Origin: Squalus acanthias
Lineage: Eukaryota
NCBI GenBank assembly: GCA_030390025.1
Contig: JASTWF010000369.1
Location: forward strand, 62,001-126,000
Length of the DNA stretch: 64,000 bases
Reading direction: 5' to 3'
In this document: positions 36,756 to 48,528 of the stretch, piece by piece
Position numbering within the stretch: position 1 is the stretch's first letter
How the letters are laid out: the number at the start of each line of letters is the position of its first letter
Notes under the pieces: model-generated
Seen by the model: the letters and a program-made list of their open reading frames with translations, nothing else
Told to the model about the DNA's origin: nothing
Databases searched by the model: none
Translations under genes and position numbers: made by a program

Positions 36756-37660
36756 CGAATTTAGCGGCAATTGTGGTTCTCTCCCGGGGAAGGTGCGGTC
36801 TCTCCAAATGCATCACCAGTTATCTGGTGGCCATGGCAACGGCTGATCTACTGGTCCTGATATTTGCGGTAATCCTGTATGAGATTAATGATGCTTATTT
36901 TCCATATTCATTTCTGAATTACACTCCCATTTGCCGTCTCAATCTGTCCTTGTGTTTTGCTTCCGTTGATTGTTCTGTCTGGTTAACTGTCGCTTTCACC
37001 TTTGATCGATTTGTGGCCATTTGTTGCCGAAGGTTGCGATCAAAATATTGCACCAAAGAAACTGCAGTTGTGGTGATAGCAGTGGTGTGTGGGCTGAGCG
37101 TTTTAGAAAATGTTCCAATCTATTTTGTATTTGCACCTCGGGAAATAATTGACAATGTACCATGGTCCTGCATTGTAAAATCAAGCTTCTATACCTCACC
37201 CATATGGGTAACATTTCTGTGGTTGGAAACAGTTTTAACCCCATTTGTTCCATTTGTGTTCATTTTACTGCTCAATGCTCTGACAACCAGGCACATTGTA
37301 CTGGCCAATAGAGCGAGAAGGCGACTTCGGGGAAACAACAATGCTGAGAAAAAAAATGATCCAGAGACGGAGAACCGAAAGAAATCCATAATTTTACTGT
37401 TCGCCATATCCGGCAATTTTATACTTTTATGGATGATCAGATTCATATATTATATAGTTGTACAATTTGCAGATACTCAATTTTTTGAAGCAAATTACAA
37501 TAACCCTTTCACTATTATGGAACAATCCGGGTATATGCTTCGCACTTTGAGTTGTTGCACCAACACGTTTATTTATGCAGTGTCCCAGAGTAAATTCAGA
37601 GATGAGCTGATAAATATAATTAAGTGTCCTCTGGGATCAATAATGCAATTTTTTAAGTAA
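36756..37660 (+). CDS. GPR139/GPR142-like GPCR paralogue 2, exon 2 (spliced protein 324 aa)
   Basis: Acceptor CTTCCTCCTCTCTGCAG| at 36755 gives in-frame A-NLAAIVVL. DRF, LLWMIR and NTFIY motifs; TAA at 37660. Colinear with paralogue 1 and the same length. Confidence 0.92.
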
Positions 37661-38299
37661 GTTAAATGGCTTCACCGAATTAAAACACGACAGGAATCCT
37701 TTAAACTGTGGGAATGAATACAAAAGGGACGATGTCGAATTGCCTGCACACCAGGAGGCATTGTCTGAAATACAAAGGAAACGGGAAGTTGTGTATATGT
37801 GACAGAATCCATTCGACATTGTCGTCCCAAACTAAAATTAATTCAATTACAGCCCTGCAAATGGACCCAAATTGTTCAATAGAAATGTACACAGAATCAT
37901 GTCCCGTCGAATTGATCACCCTCAGCGAAATTATCTGGACCGGCGATTCCTGTTTCTGCGCTCGCCAGCCTGATTTTAGTTCGAGAGCGCGGAAACCGCA
38001 AACCGCGGCCGTGCTAATTTAGAATTACAGAGGGGTTAAGCTCCATAAGAATCATTCAATACTCTCACTGCTACTGCTTTAAGGTGACTGAGTAAGTGAA
38101 TGTTATTACATGATAGCCTTCTTTTTAACATTTATTCAGGCAAATAATTCACTGATTTTCTCCATTCCTGTTTGAACGCGGATTCCGTGGTCTTATTTCC
38201 GATTTACAAAATCGTGAGCTACGATCTGAATTGACCTGTTTACAAGCTCTAGCTCACAATAAAGTGTTGGTGAAGAGATAACACGATGAAGGACTGTCT

Positions 38300-39330
38300 C
38301 CACCACTTAACGATAATGCTGGGGTTGGGGGTTAATTGTGAGCTTCGGCAGGATTAGGAGGGTGGGTTAGACTTTGGTAAAATTGTTGGTGTTCTACAAT
38401 ATCAGAGAGCTGGTGTGGGAGTCCTGCGGCTCACCTGCAGGGCAGTGGGTGAGCTTAGATTGTGCCCAATAGAGGCAGAGGTCTAACATTTAGTAATGAT
38501 GGGACACGATTTTTAGATTTAGAAAAATCAGATTATGAATCCAGGGTTAAATAGCAGCAGTTTTGCAGTAAATGTGCTGAGATGTGACAGTGTGACAGGT
38601 GACAGAGAACGAGATTTTAATTGAGAGGTGAGAGAACTGGAATAAGATGAGATGCTCAAAGGAGGAGAAAGTGTCGGAGGAGTAGTGGGACAGACCAAGA
38701 TACGATTTGGTGATGAGAGCCACACCGCCACCACAGCGGTCTCAGCGGGGCAAGTGGTGGAAGATATAGCCAGGTGGGGAGGCTTCATTTAAGGGTAAGG
38801 TGTCATTACCCCTCAACCAGGGTCCGTCAGGGCCATTATGTCGATGCAATGATCCACGATAAGATGATGAATGGCAAGGGCCTTGTTCGCAAGTGAACGG
38901 ACATTCTGGAGGGAGATGCGGAGAGGGTCCGTGATGGCTGCCCCACTGCCGGCGTCCACAGGGTCAGCACTGGCAGTGATGAGTTGGACGCGGAGGAGAT
39001 TGGCAAGATTAGCCCCCATTGGCGGGTTGGGCGGGAAGGTCGGCGGGAGAGTAGGATGGGACTGTTGGGGTTGCTGCTCGTAAGGGGGTAGCGACGAGTG
39101 CCTCTATGGACCCTTCGTAGGATGCCAAGAGAGCACAGAGTGAAGCTGTAGGCTTATCTAAGAGGGATGAAAGCCTCCAACGGCGGCAGGAGAGTAGTGA
39201 GGTTGTAGGGTATTGAAGGATTGGGGTAGTGATTTGGGAGGGCAGAATATCCGAGAGAGGAGAGATGAAAGGAGGCATAATGACAGGAGAGAGCGGTTAG
39301 GGAGGGATAGAGAGAAAAGGAAAAGATGGG
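38300..39330 (-). mobile_element. L2-like LINE remnant (apurinic endonuclease N-terminus)
   Basis: PLRISLQNVRSLANKALAIHHLIVDHCIDIMALT, the APE motif I region. Confidence 0.65.
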
Positions 39331-41349
39331 GGGGGGGGGGGGAAGTAGAAAAGTATTGAATGGCTCGGTCCGGAACGGCAGCCAAAATGTGAACGCAAAT
39401 GTACACGGGAAAAGCTCAGGTTACATAGTTCTGTTTAAATGTAGTAATTATTGGGATACATATTTTCTGGTAGCAGGGAATAGGTTGGAGACAGCAGTAG
39501 GGAGACCGGGCCCAAAGTCAGAGGTCCTATGGAAGGACAAAGCCTACGTGGTCACTGTTCCTGCTCACACAGCGAAACTGTTTACCTGAGGCCAAAGTCG
39601 GAATCAAGCCTTCAAGAGATGAATTGAAAAATAAATCAAGTTTGTGTTAATTAGGAATGTATCAACATTAACAAAACTTATTTTAAAATCCCTGACGTGC
39701 CTTTATTCCGTGCGGTCATTATGTAAAATCTAGAGCGCTATTTTGCGCAATTATAGATGAGATTTGACAATGTTTCTTCAATGTTCAGCAAATTTGTATT
39801 ATTTTCTTAAAATGACTGAGACATAAGGCCTGGGTGAAATGTTTTTGCAGATAGAGTTGTTTCAGCAATAAAGCAATTGATTCCCGATGATTATTTCAGC
39901 GTGTTCTTTGATCCAATGCAAGTCTGGTGTTTGAACTTCTCAGGTTCTGGTTAAGCAACTTTGTAATCTACTGAGTGAAATCCAAATGTTAGACCTTCTC
40001 GCGATAATGGTGCAGAGCACAGGACAGAGAATGAAGTGACTCTGTCATTCTCTTTTAATGGTTCTTCTCCTTGCAGATAGCTCTGCGTTAGCTCCCACAG
40101 TGCAGTCACTAAAGCGGCAGTTTCTGTTAATGCTGCTCTGTAGCCAGTAACACTGCAAGAGTTTGGATGGCTTCAGTTCCCTTTTCCCCTCAGTGCCAGT
40201 GGGAAACATCTGCTGGTCGTCTTCCCTGGTGAGAAGGCGAGATGGCCCCGCGTTCTGCAACGCTGCAGGAGCGTTTCTGAGGTTAATTGACACTGGGTGG
40301 GGAGAGGTGGGTGCTTGTGTTTAAGCCGAGCTGGGAATGGTGTATTCGGAGAATTGGTCCCTGGACAATCCATTCCTTTGGCAGTACCGTAGAGATAAAA
40401 CCAGAGTCTTGTAGAAACGGTGAGTGGAATCTGTTTTCTGTCGGGGGAGCAGTAGGAAGTGTGTGACACCATTGGTGGGACTGGGAGGATTCCAGGATCT
40501 GACAACATTTTGGTGGATGGCCAAGAATGTGAAATTAACCTTGTCAGAAATCTCTCTGTAGATACTGAAGTCAGCGATTTCTCATTAGTTCTTGAAAATT
40601 AATGATGTGTTTCAGACTTCAACAACAACGGATTGCTTTATCAGACAAACGTTGAATAAATTCAGAACCACTTAACGTATCATTTAATTTCAAAGATTTA
40701 ATAAAAACGTTAACAATGTTTTATACTGTTGGCTTGTTAATATTGAGATGTAGAAGAGGCAAAAACTCAATGTAAATTAACGAATGTTTGATTTAAAAAT
40801 ACAACTGTACAGATAATCGTCAGGTAAACATAGTAAACTGAAGAAATAGAAACAACACAGCCAGTAAGTGCTTTATACAGGGAATTTGCACCGAGCAACA
40901 TTATAATTAATACATAATGAAATAAGTCGAAATTATCTTTCAGGTAAATTAACTTAATTTGTGAAAAGGGATTCAATATACACAAGGAAATATACAGATC
41001 AACAAATATTAAACTAACTTGCAGACTAGGCAGTTACTGGCAAATTAACTTTAACATTAATTATTTGGAGGTGATGCACTTTGGTAGGAAAAGTATAAAC
41101 AATCCCTGACCCGAAGAAAATAAGAAACTGAATGGGGTCGAAGAGCAAAGGGATCTAGGGATAGAGGTGAACACATCATTTAAAGCAGCATCGCAGGTCA
41201 CCAAAGCAATCAAAATGCTAACAAAGCACTGGGATGTATTTACAGGTGTGTAGAATTCAAAAGTAATGAAGTTCTGTTAAATTTGTATCGGATCATGGGC
41301 AGGCCGCACATGTGGTATTCTGCAGAGTTTTGGGCTCCATACTATAAAA

Positions 41350-41531
41350 TGTGAGAAGTCGCACAAGACAAGGTTATAGTTCAACAGCTTTATGTGAAAT
41401 CACAAGCTTTCGGAGCGCTGCTCCTTCGTCAGGTGAAGCTTGCGATTTCAAATAAAGCTGTTGGACTATAACCTGGTGTTGTGCGACTTCTCACATTTGT
41501 CCACCCCAGACCAACACCGGCATCTCCACGT
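41350..41531. mobile_element. Fold-back mini-insertion of Penelope family B tails
   Basis: ATGTGAGAAGTCGCACAA...TTGTGCGACTTCTCACAT inverted arms. 12-bp TSD CATACTATAAAA at 41338-41349 and 41532-41543. Confidence 0.88.
41400..41436 (-). ncRNA. Minimal hammerhead ribozyme motif (family B)
   Basis: Reverse complement reads TCAC-CTGACGA-A-GGAGC-AGC-GCTCC-GAAA-GCTT-GTGA. Confidence 0.78.
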
Positions 41532-41749
41532 CATACTATAAAAAGGGCATAGAAGCACTAGAGAAAATGCAATAATGATTTACAAGGCTGGTACCGGCAT
41601 GGAGAGATTACAGCTAGTGTAAGGAGGAACAGTTTGGGGCTCTTTTACTTCGAAAAGAGAAGACTTATGCATGACCTGATAGCTGTATTTAAAATTATGA
41701 ATGGGTTGGACAGGGAAAATGTGGAGAGATTGTTTCCACTTGTGGGAGT

Positions 41750-43300
41750 GATTAAATGACAAAAGGTATGATTGTACAAAGCAACAGTAGATGGTAATAG
41801 GAAAAGTAAAGAAACAAAAGATGGGTCTAGAAGAGGTGTAAATCTGAATAATAAAATCATCAATAGCGGCCAACTGGAAAAATAGGGGCAGAGGTTATGA
41901 TCTGAAATTGTTGAACTCGATGTTGAGTCCAGAGGGCTGTAAAATGCCTAAACGAAAGATGAGGTGCTGTTCCTCGAGCTTACGTTGAGCTTCGTTGGAA
42001 CAGTGTAAGAGGTCGAGAACAGAAAGGTCAGAGTGGGAGTGGAGCGGAGTATTAAAGTGACAGGCGACCAGAAGCTCGGGATCACGCTTGCGAACTGAAC
42101 GGAGGTGTTCCACAAAGCGATCACCCTATCTATATTTGATCTCCCTAATGTAGAGGAAAACGCTTCGTGAGCACCGAATACAGTATCATAAACTGCAAGA
42201 ATACAAGTAATTCGCTGTTTCACCTGGAAGAAGAGTTTGTGCCCTGGACGATGGGAAGGGGGTAGATAAAAAGGCAGGTGTTGCATCTCCTGCACTTGCA
42301 CGGGAAGGTATCGTGGGAAGGGCAGGGACTGTTGGGGGTGATTGAGGAGTGGATCAGGGCGTCGCAGAGGAAGTAGTCCCTTCAGAATGCTGAAAGGCGG
42401 AGGAGGGGAAGATGTGATTGGTGGTGGGATCACGCTGGACGTGGCCGAAATGGCAGCTGATGATCCATTGAATGTGAAGGCTGGTGGGGTGAAAATTGAG
42501 GACAAGGGGATCACTATCGTGGTTCTGGGAGGGAGGTGACGGGGTGAGATGCAGAAGTGCGGGAAATGGAATGGACTCGGTTAAGGGCCATGTCAAACAT
42601 CGTAGAGGGGAATCATCGGTTGAAGAAAAAGGAAGATATATCGGAAGAACTAATATGGAAGGTAGCATCGTCAGAACAGAGTCGAAAAAGACGGAAACAC
42701 AGGGATAGGAGAGAGTCCATACAAGAAGCGGGGCAGGAGGAAGTGAGGTCCAGGTAGCTGTGGGAGTAAATGGACTCATAGTGGATGCCAGTTCATTGCC
42801 CATTGAAAGAAATGGAGACAGAGAAGTCGAGGAAGTGACGAGTTCGAGATGTAGCATGACAAGGTGAGAGAACTGCGGAAATTGGAAGCAAAGTGAATGA
42901 AATTTTCAAGTTCAGGGCGTGAGCAGGAAATTGCACTGATACAGTCATCAATGTACCGGATAATTAGGTGAGGGAGCGGACCTGAGTAGGACTGGAACAA
43001 AGAATGTTACACAAATCACATGAAAATGCAGGCATAGCTAGGACCTATTTGTATTTTACTCCCTTCCTGCCTTCCATCCTCTCACAGACCGTCCGTTTTG
43101 TTCTTTCCTCTCCTCCCCCCTTTCCCTGCCCATACAATTGCTTTAAAATCTGTTACATCTATGACTTTTTTCAGTTCTGACGAAGGGTCATCGACCTGAA
43201 ACGTTAACTCTGTTTCTCTCTCCACAGATGCTGCCTGACCTGCTGAGTATTTCCAGCATTTTCTGTTTTTATTATAGCTAGGACCCATGCGGGGTCTCGC
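41750..43300 (-). mobile_element. Degenerate Penelope family A copy with a younger tail (+ strand, 43046-43273) inserted into it
   Basis: IIRYIDD, GLNIEFNNFRS. The inner insertion has a 12-bp TSD ATAGCTAGGACC at 43034-43045 and 43274-43285, and a hammerhead motif at 43173-43209 (+). Confidence 0.88.
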
Positions 43301-44746
43301 GATCTCTGTGTTGAGAATTTTGGGATTTCCAAAGCATAATTCAAATCAACAGAGTATAGCGGGGAATTCCCCTAGTGCGAGCTGGTATGACTTCAATAAG
43401 CTTTCTAAGCATCCAATCAAAATGCATAATTCTCAAAGACAGCGAGCAAGGAAGTGGGTAAGCTCTTAAAATTCTAACTTGTAAAAAATGATAGAGCGAG
43501 CAAAACAAATATTGGTGCTCTCATATGGGGAAAAGGCAAAATTGATATAAAGATGAACAAACCTTAAATGAAATATTTTTTTTAACAAGTTTCTTTAAAA
43601 GTATAATTTTTATTAAAATCGATAAATTGACACTGCACAAAATTAAAATTGTTTTTTTCCAGGCCCATAACATTTGTTTAGCAGTCAGCACACTGTTAAA
43701 GCCCCAGTTACACCTAATCCCTTTGTTTTGCCTTTTTGTGGGAAACTTAACAGCGTAATTACTGTGGAAGAGCCAAAGGTTTTGTCTCTCTCCCAGATTT
43801 GAGAGATTACACTGATTGCCAGCTCTGTGTGTTAGGGGACTGAGATGGGAGGTGGTGGTGGGCACAGCCCAGCATGTGGCGGAGGAGTGAAAAACAAACC
43901 ACAACTTCAGGATTTTCACATGAACAAATATATGGGAATCATATTCCTGGCGGCTGCTCACACCATTCCCGATATTCCCAGCGTCCCCTCACCCTATGGA
44001 AGCCAGCAATTTCCCATGCTCAGGAATCTCAGGGATTCTTTCTGTCGCTCACATCTGTCTTTCTTTAACACGAACACTCGCTGTTTACAATTTACACAAA
44101 TAACATTCAGCTTCAAGCGTTTGAAATTTGTCCTCTCGATATTCATCATATCATTTTGAAGGAAAAAACAAAGTTGAGCAGAAACTGCTCGAGCTGCAGA
44201 AAAATATTCGATCCATTTAACTGACTGAAAGGTATTGATGCACGTTGTGAAATTGGGTTCACTGCGCTTGCGCAGACCACATAATTTGCGTTCAGCGAAC
44301 AGAATCAAAGCTCCTGGCAAAAATATCAACTCCAAGCCCAGGCTTTTGGGAGAGGCTGAGGACTTCAAATACGAATTTTAATGAAGGCATTTAACGACAC
44401 ATGGGATACATATATTTATGTTTTTGTGAATTGTATTTTATTTTCAGCTTGTATAAATCCTAATATGGGAAATAAGAAATTTCAGTTACTGAGGGGAAAA
44501 CTGCAGTTGAACATTTATCAGAAAGCATTTTGAGTGATTTGCGGGGAATAAGATCACCAGCACCATGTGGAGTTTTAGCATCAAGCCGTGCCAGGCCACT
44601 GTTTAGAATAACATTGGAAGTCCTAATAAAGTGCCACAAGATGGCATGTTCAGAGCCCAATAAAACAGGCATCAGATATTAACCTGTGTCTCTCCACTTT
44701 CCTCTGTCTAAAATATTTAACATGATGTCATTTTTATTTCCCCCAG

Positions 44747-45287
44747 TCCCAGACTCACTGACCCTGGACCCAAACACAGCGCATCGTAAGTTCATCTGTC
44801 TGAGGACCGGAGCAGTGTGAGACTTGGTGAGAGAGGATACCTGCTTTCTGATAACCCGGAGAGATTCACTGCTGCTGCCTGTGTTCGGGGTCACAGGGAT
44901 ACACACCAGGGAAACAATACTGGGCGTTGGAGTTTAGGGACAAGACTGAGTGAACTTTAGGTGTGGCAGAGAGTCATCCAATAGGAAAGGAGAGTTAAAC
45001 CTGGGGCCTGAACATGGATACTGGATTGTGCACCCGTGAAATGGGAATTAAGATAGAGCTGTTGAAAGCTCTTTAGTCCCACTGACCCCGAGTGTGAACC
45101 GCAGGACCATCACAGTATACTTGGAATAGGAGGGAGGACAGATGACTTTTACAATGGTGATGATGTGTCCAATCTCTACACTTTCACTGACACATTCACT
45201 GAGAAACTCTTTCCATTTTTGTATCCTGGATTGTGCGATGAGGATAAAATTGCTGCCCCTCCGAAAGTACCTCATTTCGAACCGTAG
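44747..45287 (+). pseudogene. PRY-SPRY (B30.2) terminal exon of a TRIM- or butyrophilin-like gene, disrupted
   Basis: Acceptor TTTTTATTTCCCCCAG|. Across frameshifts and stops it reads PDSLTLDPNTAH...LSED...DNPERF...GKQYW...KTE*TLGVA..SNRKG...PEHGYW...VYLE*EGGQM..YN....LYTFTDTFTEKLFPFLYP. Confidence 0.85.
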
Positions 45288-45322
45288 GTTCCTAAACTGA
45301 TGTGTCAGAGTGTGGAGAGAAT

Positions 45323-46063
45323 GGCCCAGAAATTGATCTCGCTCTGTTCCCGCGGGGGTAAGGCTTTCCCGCGATCTCTCACCTCGCTTGTGCTTTTTCA
45401 GATCCAGCTCGCACGAACTTCATGTTCCAGAGATCAGCTGGGCAGTGCTTGCGTGTCCCAGCGGCGTAGTGAATCCGTGCGAGCTGTGGGATCACGTGAC
45501 TCAGTTAGAGCCAATGGCAGCACACCATCTTCCATTCATAAGTTTCACTGCAGGTTGTGAAATCTATGAATCTTACACCCCCCCAAAATAACAGCTAAAC
45601 CTCAATTAAATTTAAAAAAAACCATCACATTAATAAAATAAGTATAGTTAATTAAATTAACCATTTTAAATAAAAAAATAAATTTTTGAAAAAATTTTAA
45701 ATCTTTTAAAAAGTTATAAAAATAAACTTACCTGTCTTTAAAGTCTCTAAAAAAGATATACCTGTTAAAAAAAATTCAAAAAAATACTTAATTCACTACT
45801 TACCTTCTTAAAAGCGGGTCTTACTCCTCCTTTTTACATTTCTAAAATCTTCAGTACTTACCTGCGCGTCCAAAGCATGAAGTGCACAGCGTGCGCGCAG
45901 CCTGTAGCGCGCACGCGATGCACCGAGGAACCGCCCCCTTTTCAGAAGAGCAATTGCCGGTTTTCAGCGCATGCGCAGGGCATGCAGAAAACCGGCAATT
46001 GGAGTGGGAATACGCGAGAGTACGCAGTGCGTACTCTCGCGTCCCGGGATCAATTTTCGGCCC
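45323..46063. mobile_element. Harbinger-type MITE, same family as 13472-14230, opposite orientation
   Basis: TIRs GGCCCAGAAATTG / CAATTTTCGGCCC; TSD AAT; internal homology to the env-inserted copy. Confidence 0.88.
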
Positions 46064-46608
46064 AATGTGTCCACTGCGGGGCGAATATTGCACATCTCAC
46101 ACAGTAACTTCGAGACACAGCAGGAAACAGCACTGGGCAAGGGGCTTGGCAATAATTGGTGGGGTTGAGAGTGTTGGGCTGGTGAATTGTAAGTGCTCCT
46201 TGCGCTGAGCTCTTGGGCTGTGATCACGGACCTGGACGTGTGTCACTGTGCAGGGTGAAGAGGTCCCAACGTGAGCTCCTGGCCGCTCGCACGAGCTGTC
46301 CAATCTGGAACTCTTCACTCCTGGTCATTCCACAGTGAGAGGCCCTGCTGCTCTTTTTGAATCCGGTGTCCGTGTCACAAATTCCAACAGTGCCGTTCAC
46401 CGTCAGGAAACCGGAGAAACGGGACCCCGAAGTCACATTGCACTGATTGCAAGCGCACAAGTGCTAGCAGTAGTAAAAAATACATAAAATATGCAACAGG
46501 TTTATATAAAAGCGTAAAATTGGTTCCGGACGGGCTGAAGCAACACGGGCTCGCTGAGTTACATCTCGTAGATGTAATAAGAGAAGATCAGGTCACCGTA
46601 GGAAATTG

Positions 46609-46760
46609 CATAAACTGGCTCCAGGCCAGCTGAAGACCTACATAACCAAGCTCCAGTCCTGCTGAAGATCTCCATAACCTGGCTCCAGACCAGCTGAAAA
46701 TCTACATAACCTGGCTCCAGACCTGCTGTAGATCTCCATAAACTGGCTCCAGACCAGGTG
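46609..46760. repeat. 32-bp minisatellite, about 4.7 units
   Basis: Units CATAACCTGGCTCCAGACCAGCTGAAGATCTA start at 46609, 46641, 46673, 46705 and 46737. Confidence 0.9.
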
Positions 46761-48528
46761 CTACGTCACAACCCGGTGGCACCGAGATATTTTGAGGGCC
46801 TGCGCAAGTCTGAGCCAACCATGAGTAGATGCAAAATTTTCATTAAGATGTTATTCTGGGACATGTTTTTGTTTTCAAATAAGGGAACCCATTTTGGGAG
46901 TTCTTATTGTTGTTAATACAATTCTAAATTATGGATCAATTGTGGATGTCGTTTAATTCTATTGCGGTATTTTTCTGCTATATAATGAATGACTCTATTG
47001 TTTATAAAGCCAAGGGTTATGCCTGAAGTGCCTTATTAGCAAAAAGAACCATTAAGTTAAATTTAAAGGTGTAGAGTTTCTGCTTGATTTATCAGTGCAA
47101 TCCGCGTGAAATTAACTGAACCAGTGCAAAATCAAGTGTGCGTTACATCAACGTAAATCAAGTTTCCGCGATCTTTAACGCTGGTTTAAAAGACATTTTG
47201 CCCGAAACCGGCCCCGCCCACAAAGTTGGCCACGCCCCCAGATCGAAATAATGAGCGTTGCGAGTTTCCGCCCATTGTGTCTGTTCGAGGAGTGTCCTCT
47301 AATTGAGCTTTTCTCAGGCGCACAGGCACCAGTCGACACGTTATAAAAGTTTCTACAGGTAAAAACATTGATTTACTAAGAAACTGACTATTGTACACCA
47401 ATAAAAATACTCAATGGTTCAGTATAGATTTTTAAGTTATTTTGAGCGCATTAAAATTCAGAGGTGGAAGTGATTCACTAACAGCTGAAACTCAGTTCCC
47501 AGCTCTAACATTAATTTGTATTTTCCCCTGATCCCTTTGTTTCAGGAGCGAGAGGCTCTTCCTTGTTTGGACCACAGCTCCAAAGTGACCCAAATTGGCA
47601 TCAATCTCACTCAAGAGGGCCACGTTGGCCCAGCCGTTGGCACGTTTGCCTTTGAAGCAAACTTTGGCAGCCCAACATTCGTGGGCTGGTGCGTATCTCA
47701 AGCGGATTACCAGTCCTGGTTGTGGGGTAGGGGCTGGAATTGGAAGTGGACCCTGCAGTCATTCTATATTCTGTCAGAGGGTCGCTGAAGTTTCTGTATA
47801 AATTCAATTGTTTCCTTCTTATAGACATCTGCTTTATTGGACACGGCTTGCAATCTGTTAGCTAATGTAATATCAGCTTCAGAGACTATTAGTGTAATAC
47901 CTTGACCGGCTTCCTCACCTTTATATCTGCTTTTTCCAACCGTACTCGATTCATGTCCCCACTTCCAGACTTTACTTTGACATTGGAGATGCAACCACCA
48001 GCTGATCTCTCATGGTCCACGGCTGCATTGAGGAAAAGCCATTTCATTTCCAGGCGGCGCCTGCTGCAAGGCATCAGCCATCCCCGCTGAACATACTGCC
48101 ACTGAAGTAATTATACAGACAAGTAAGATTATGGGCGTTAAATAATGAAGAGTGTAGTCGCCACAGCTGGGCATGGTGGAAGTAAAAATAATATTCGTTT
48201 TACAAAAGTATCATGAACATTGGACACCCTGGAGTGATGTATATTGGACATCTTGGGGAGTTAAGGGTTAAAATCGAACATCTTTGCATCTTGAAACAAC
48301 AGTTCTTTGAAGATATACAGGATGGCTTTGAAGTATCGTGAGAGGAATGCACAGTGAAAAGATGTGTGAGTGTATCCCTGAATAATATAAATCACCTGAG
48401 CATGATTTCTGAAAGGATTTCAATTTGGTATCGATGTACATTCTATTGAAAGGCGGGAGTAGGTGCAAATCACTGATTAATAGGTTTCCTCTGAAGATAT
48501 TTATTTATTTGCCGACAGAAAGAATAAT

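Larger units (their letters stand above)
41020..41748 (+). mobile_element. Old CR1 3' fragment
   Basis: EVMHFGRK, EQRDLG, AEFWAPYYK. Confidence 0.7.

Noticed and set aside
45851..46227. Cluster of Cys/Arg-rich short ORFs (also at 13227-13710)
   Set aside because: They arise from GC-rich palindromic MITE arms and have no recognisable domain.
46609..46760. CRISPR-like array
   Set aside because: The units are head-to-tail with no unique spacers, the context is eukaryotic, and there are no cas genes.
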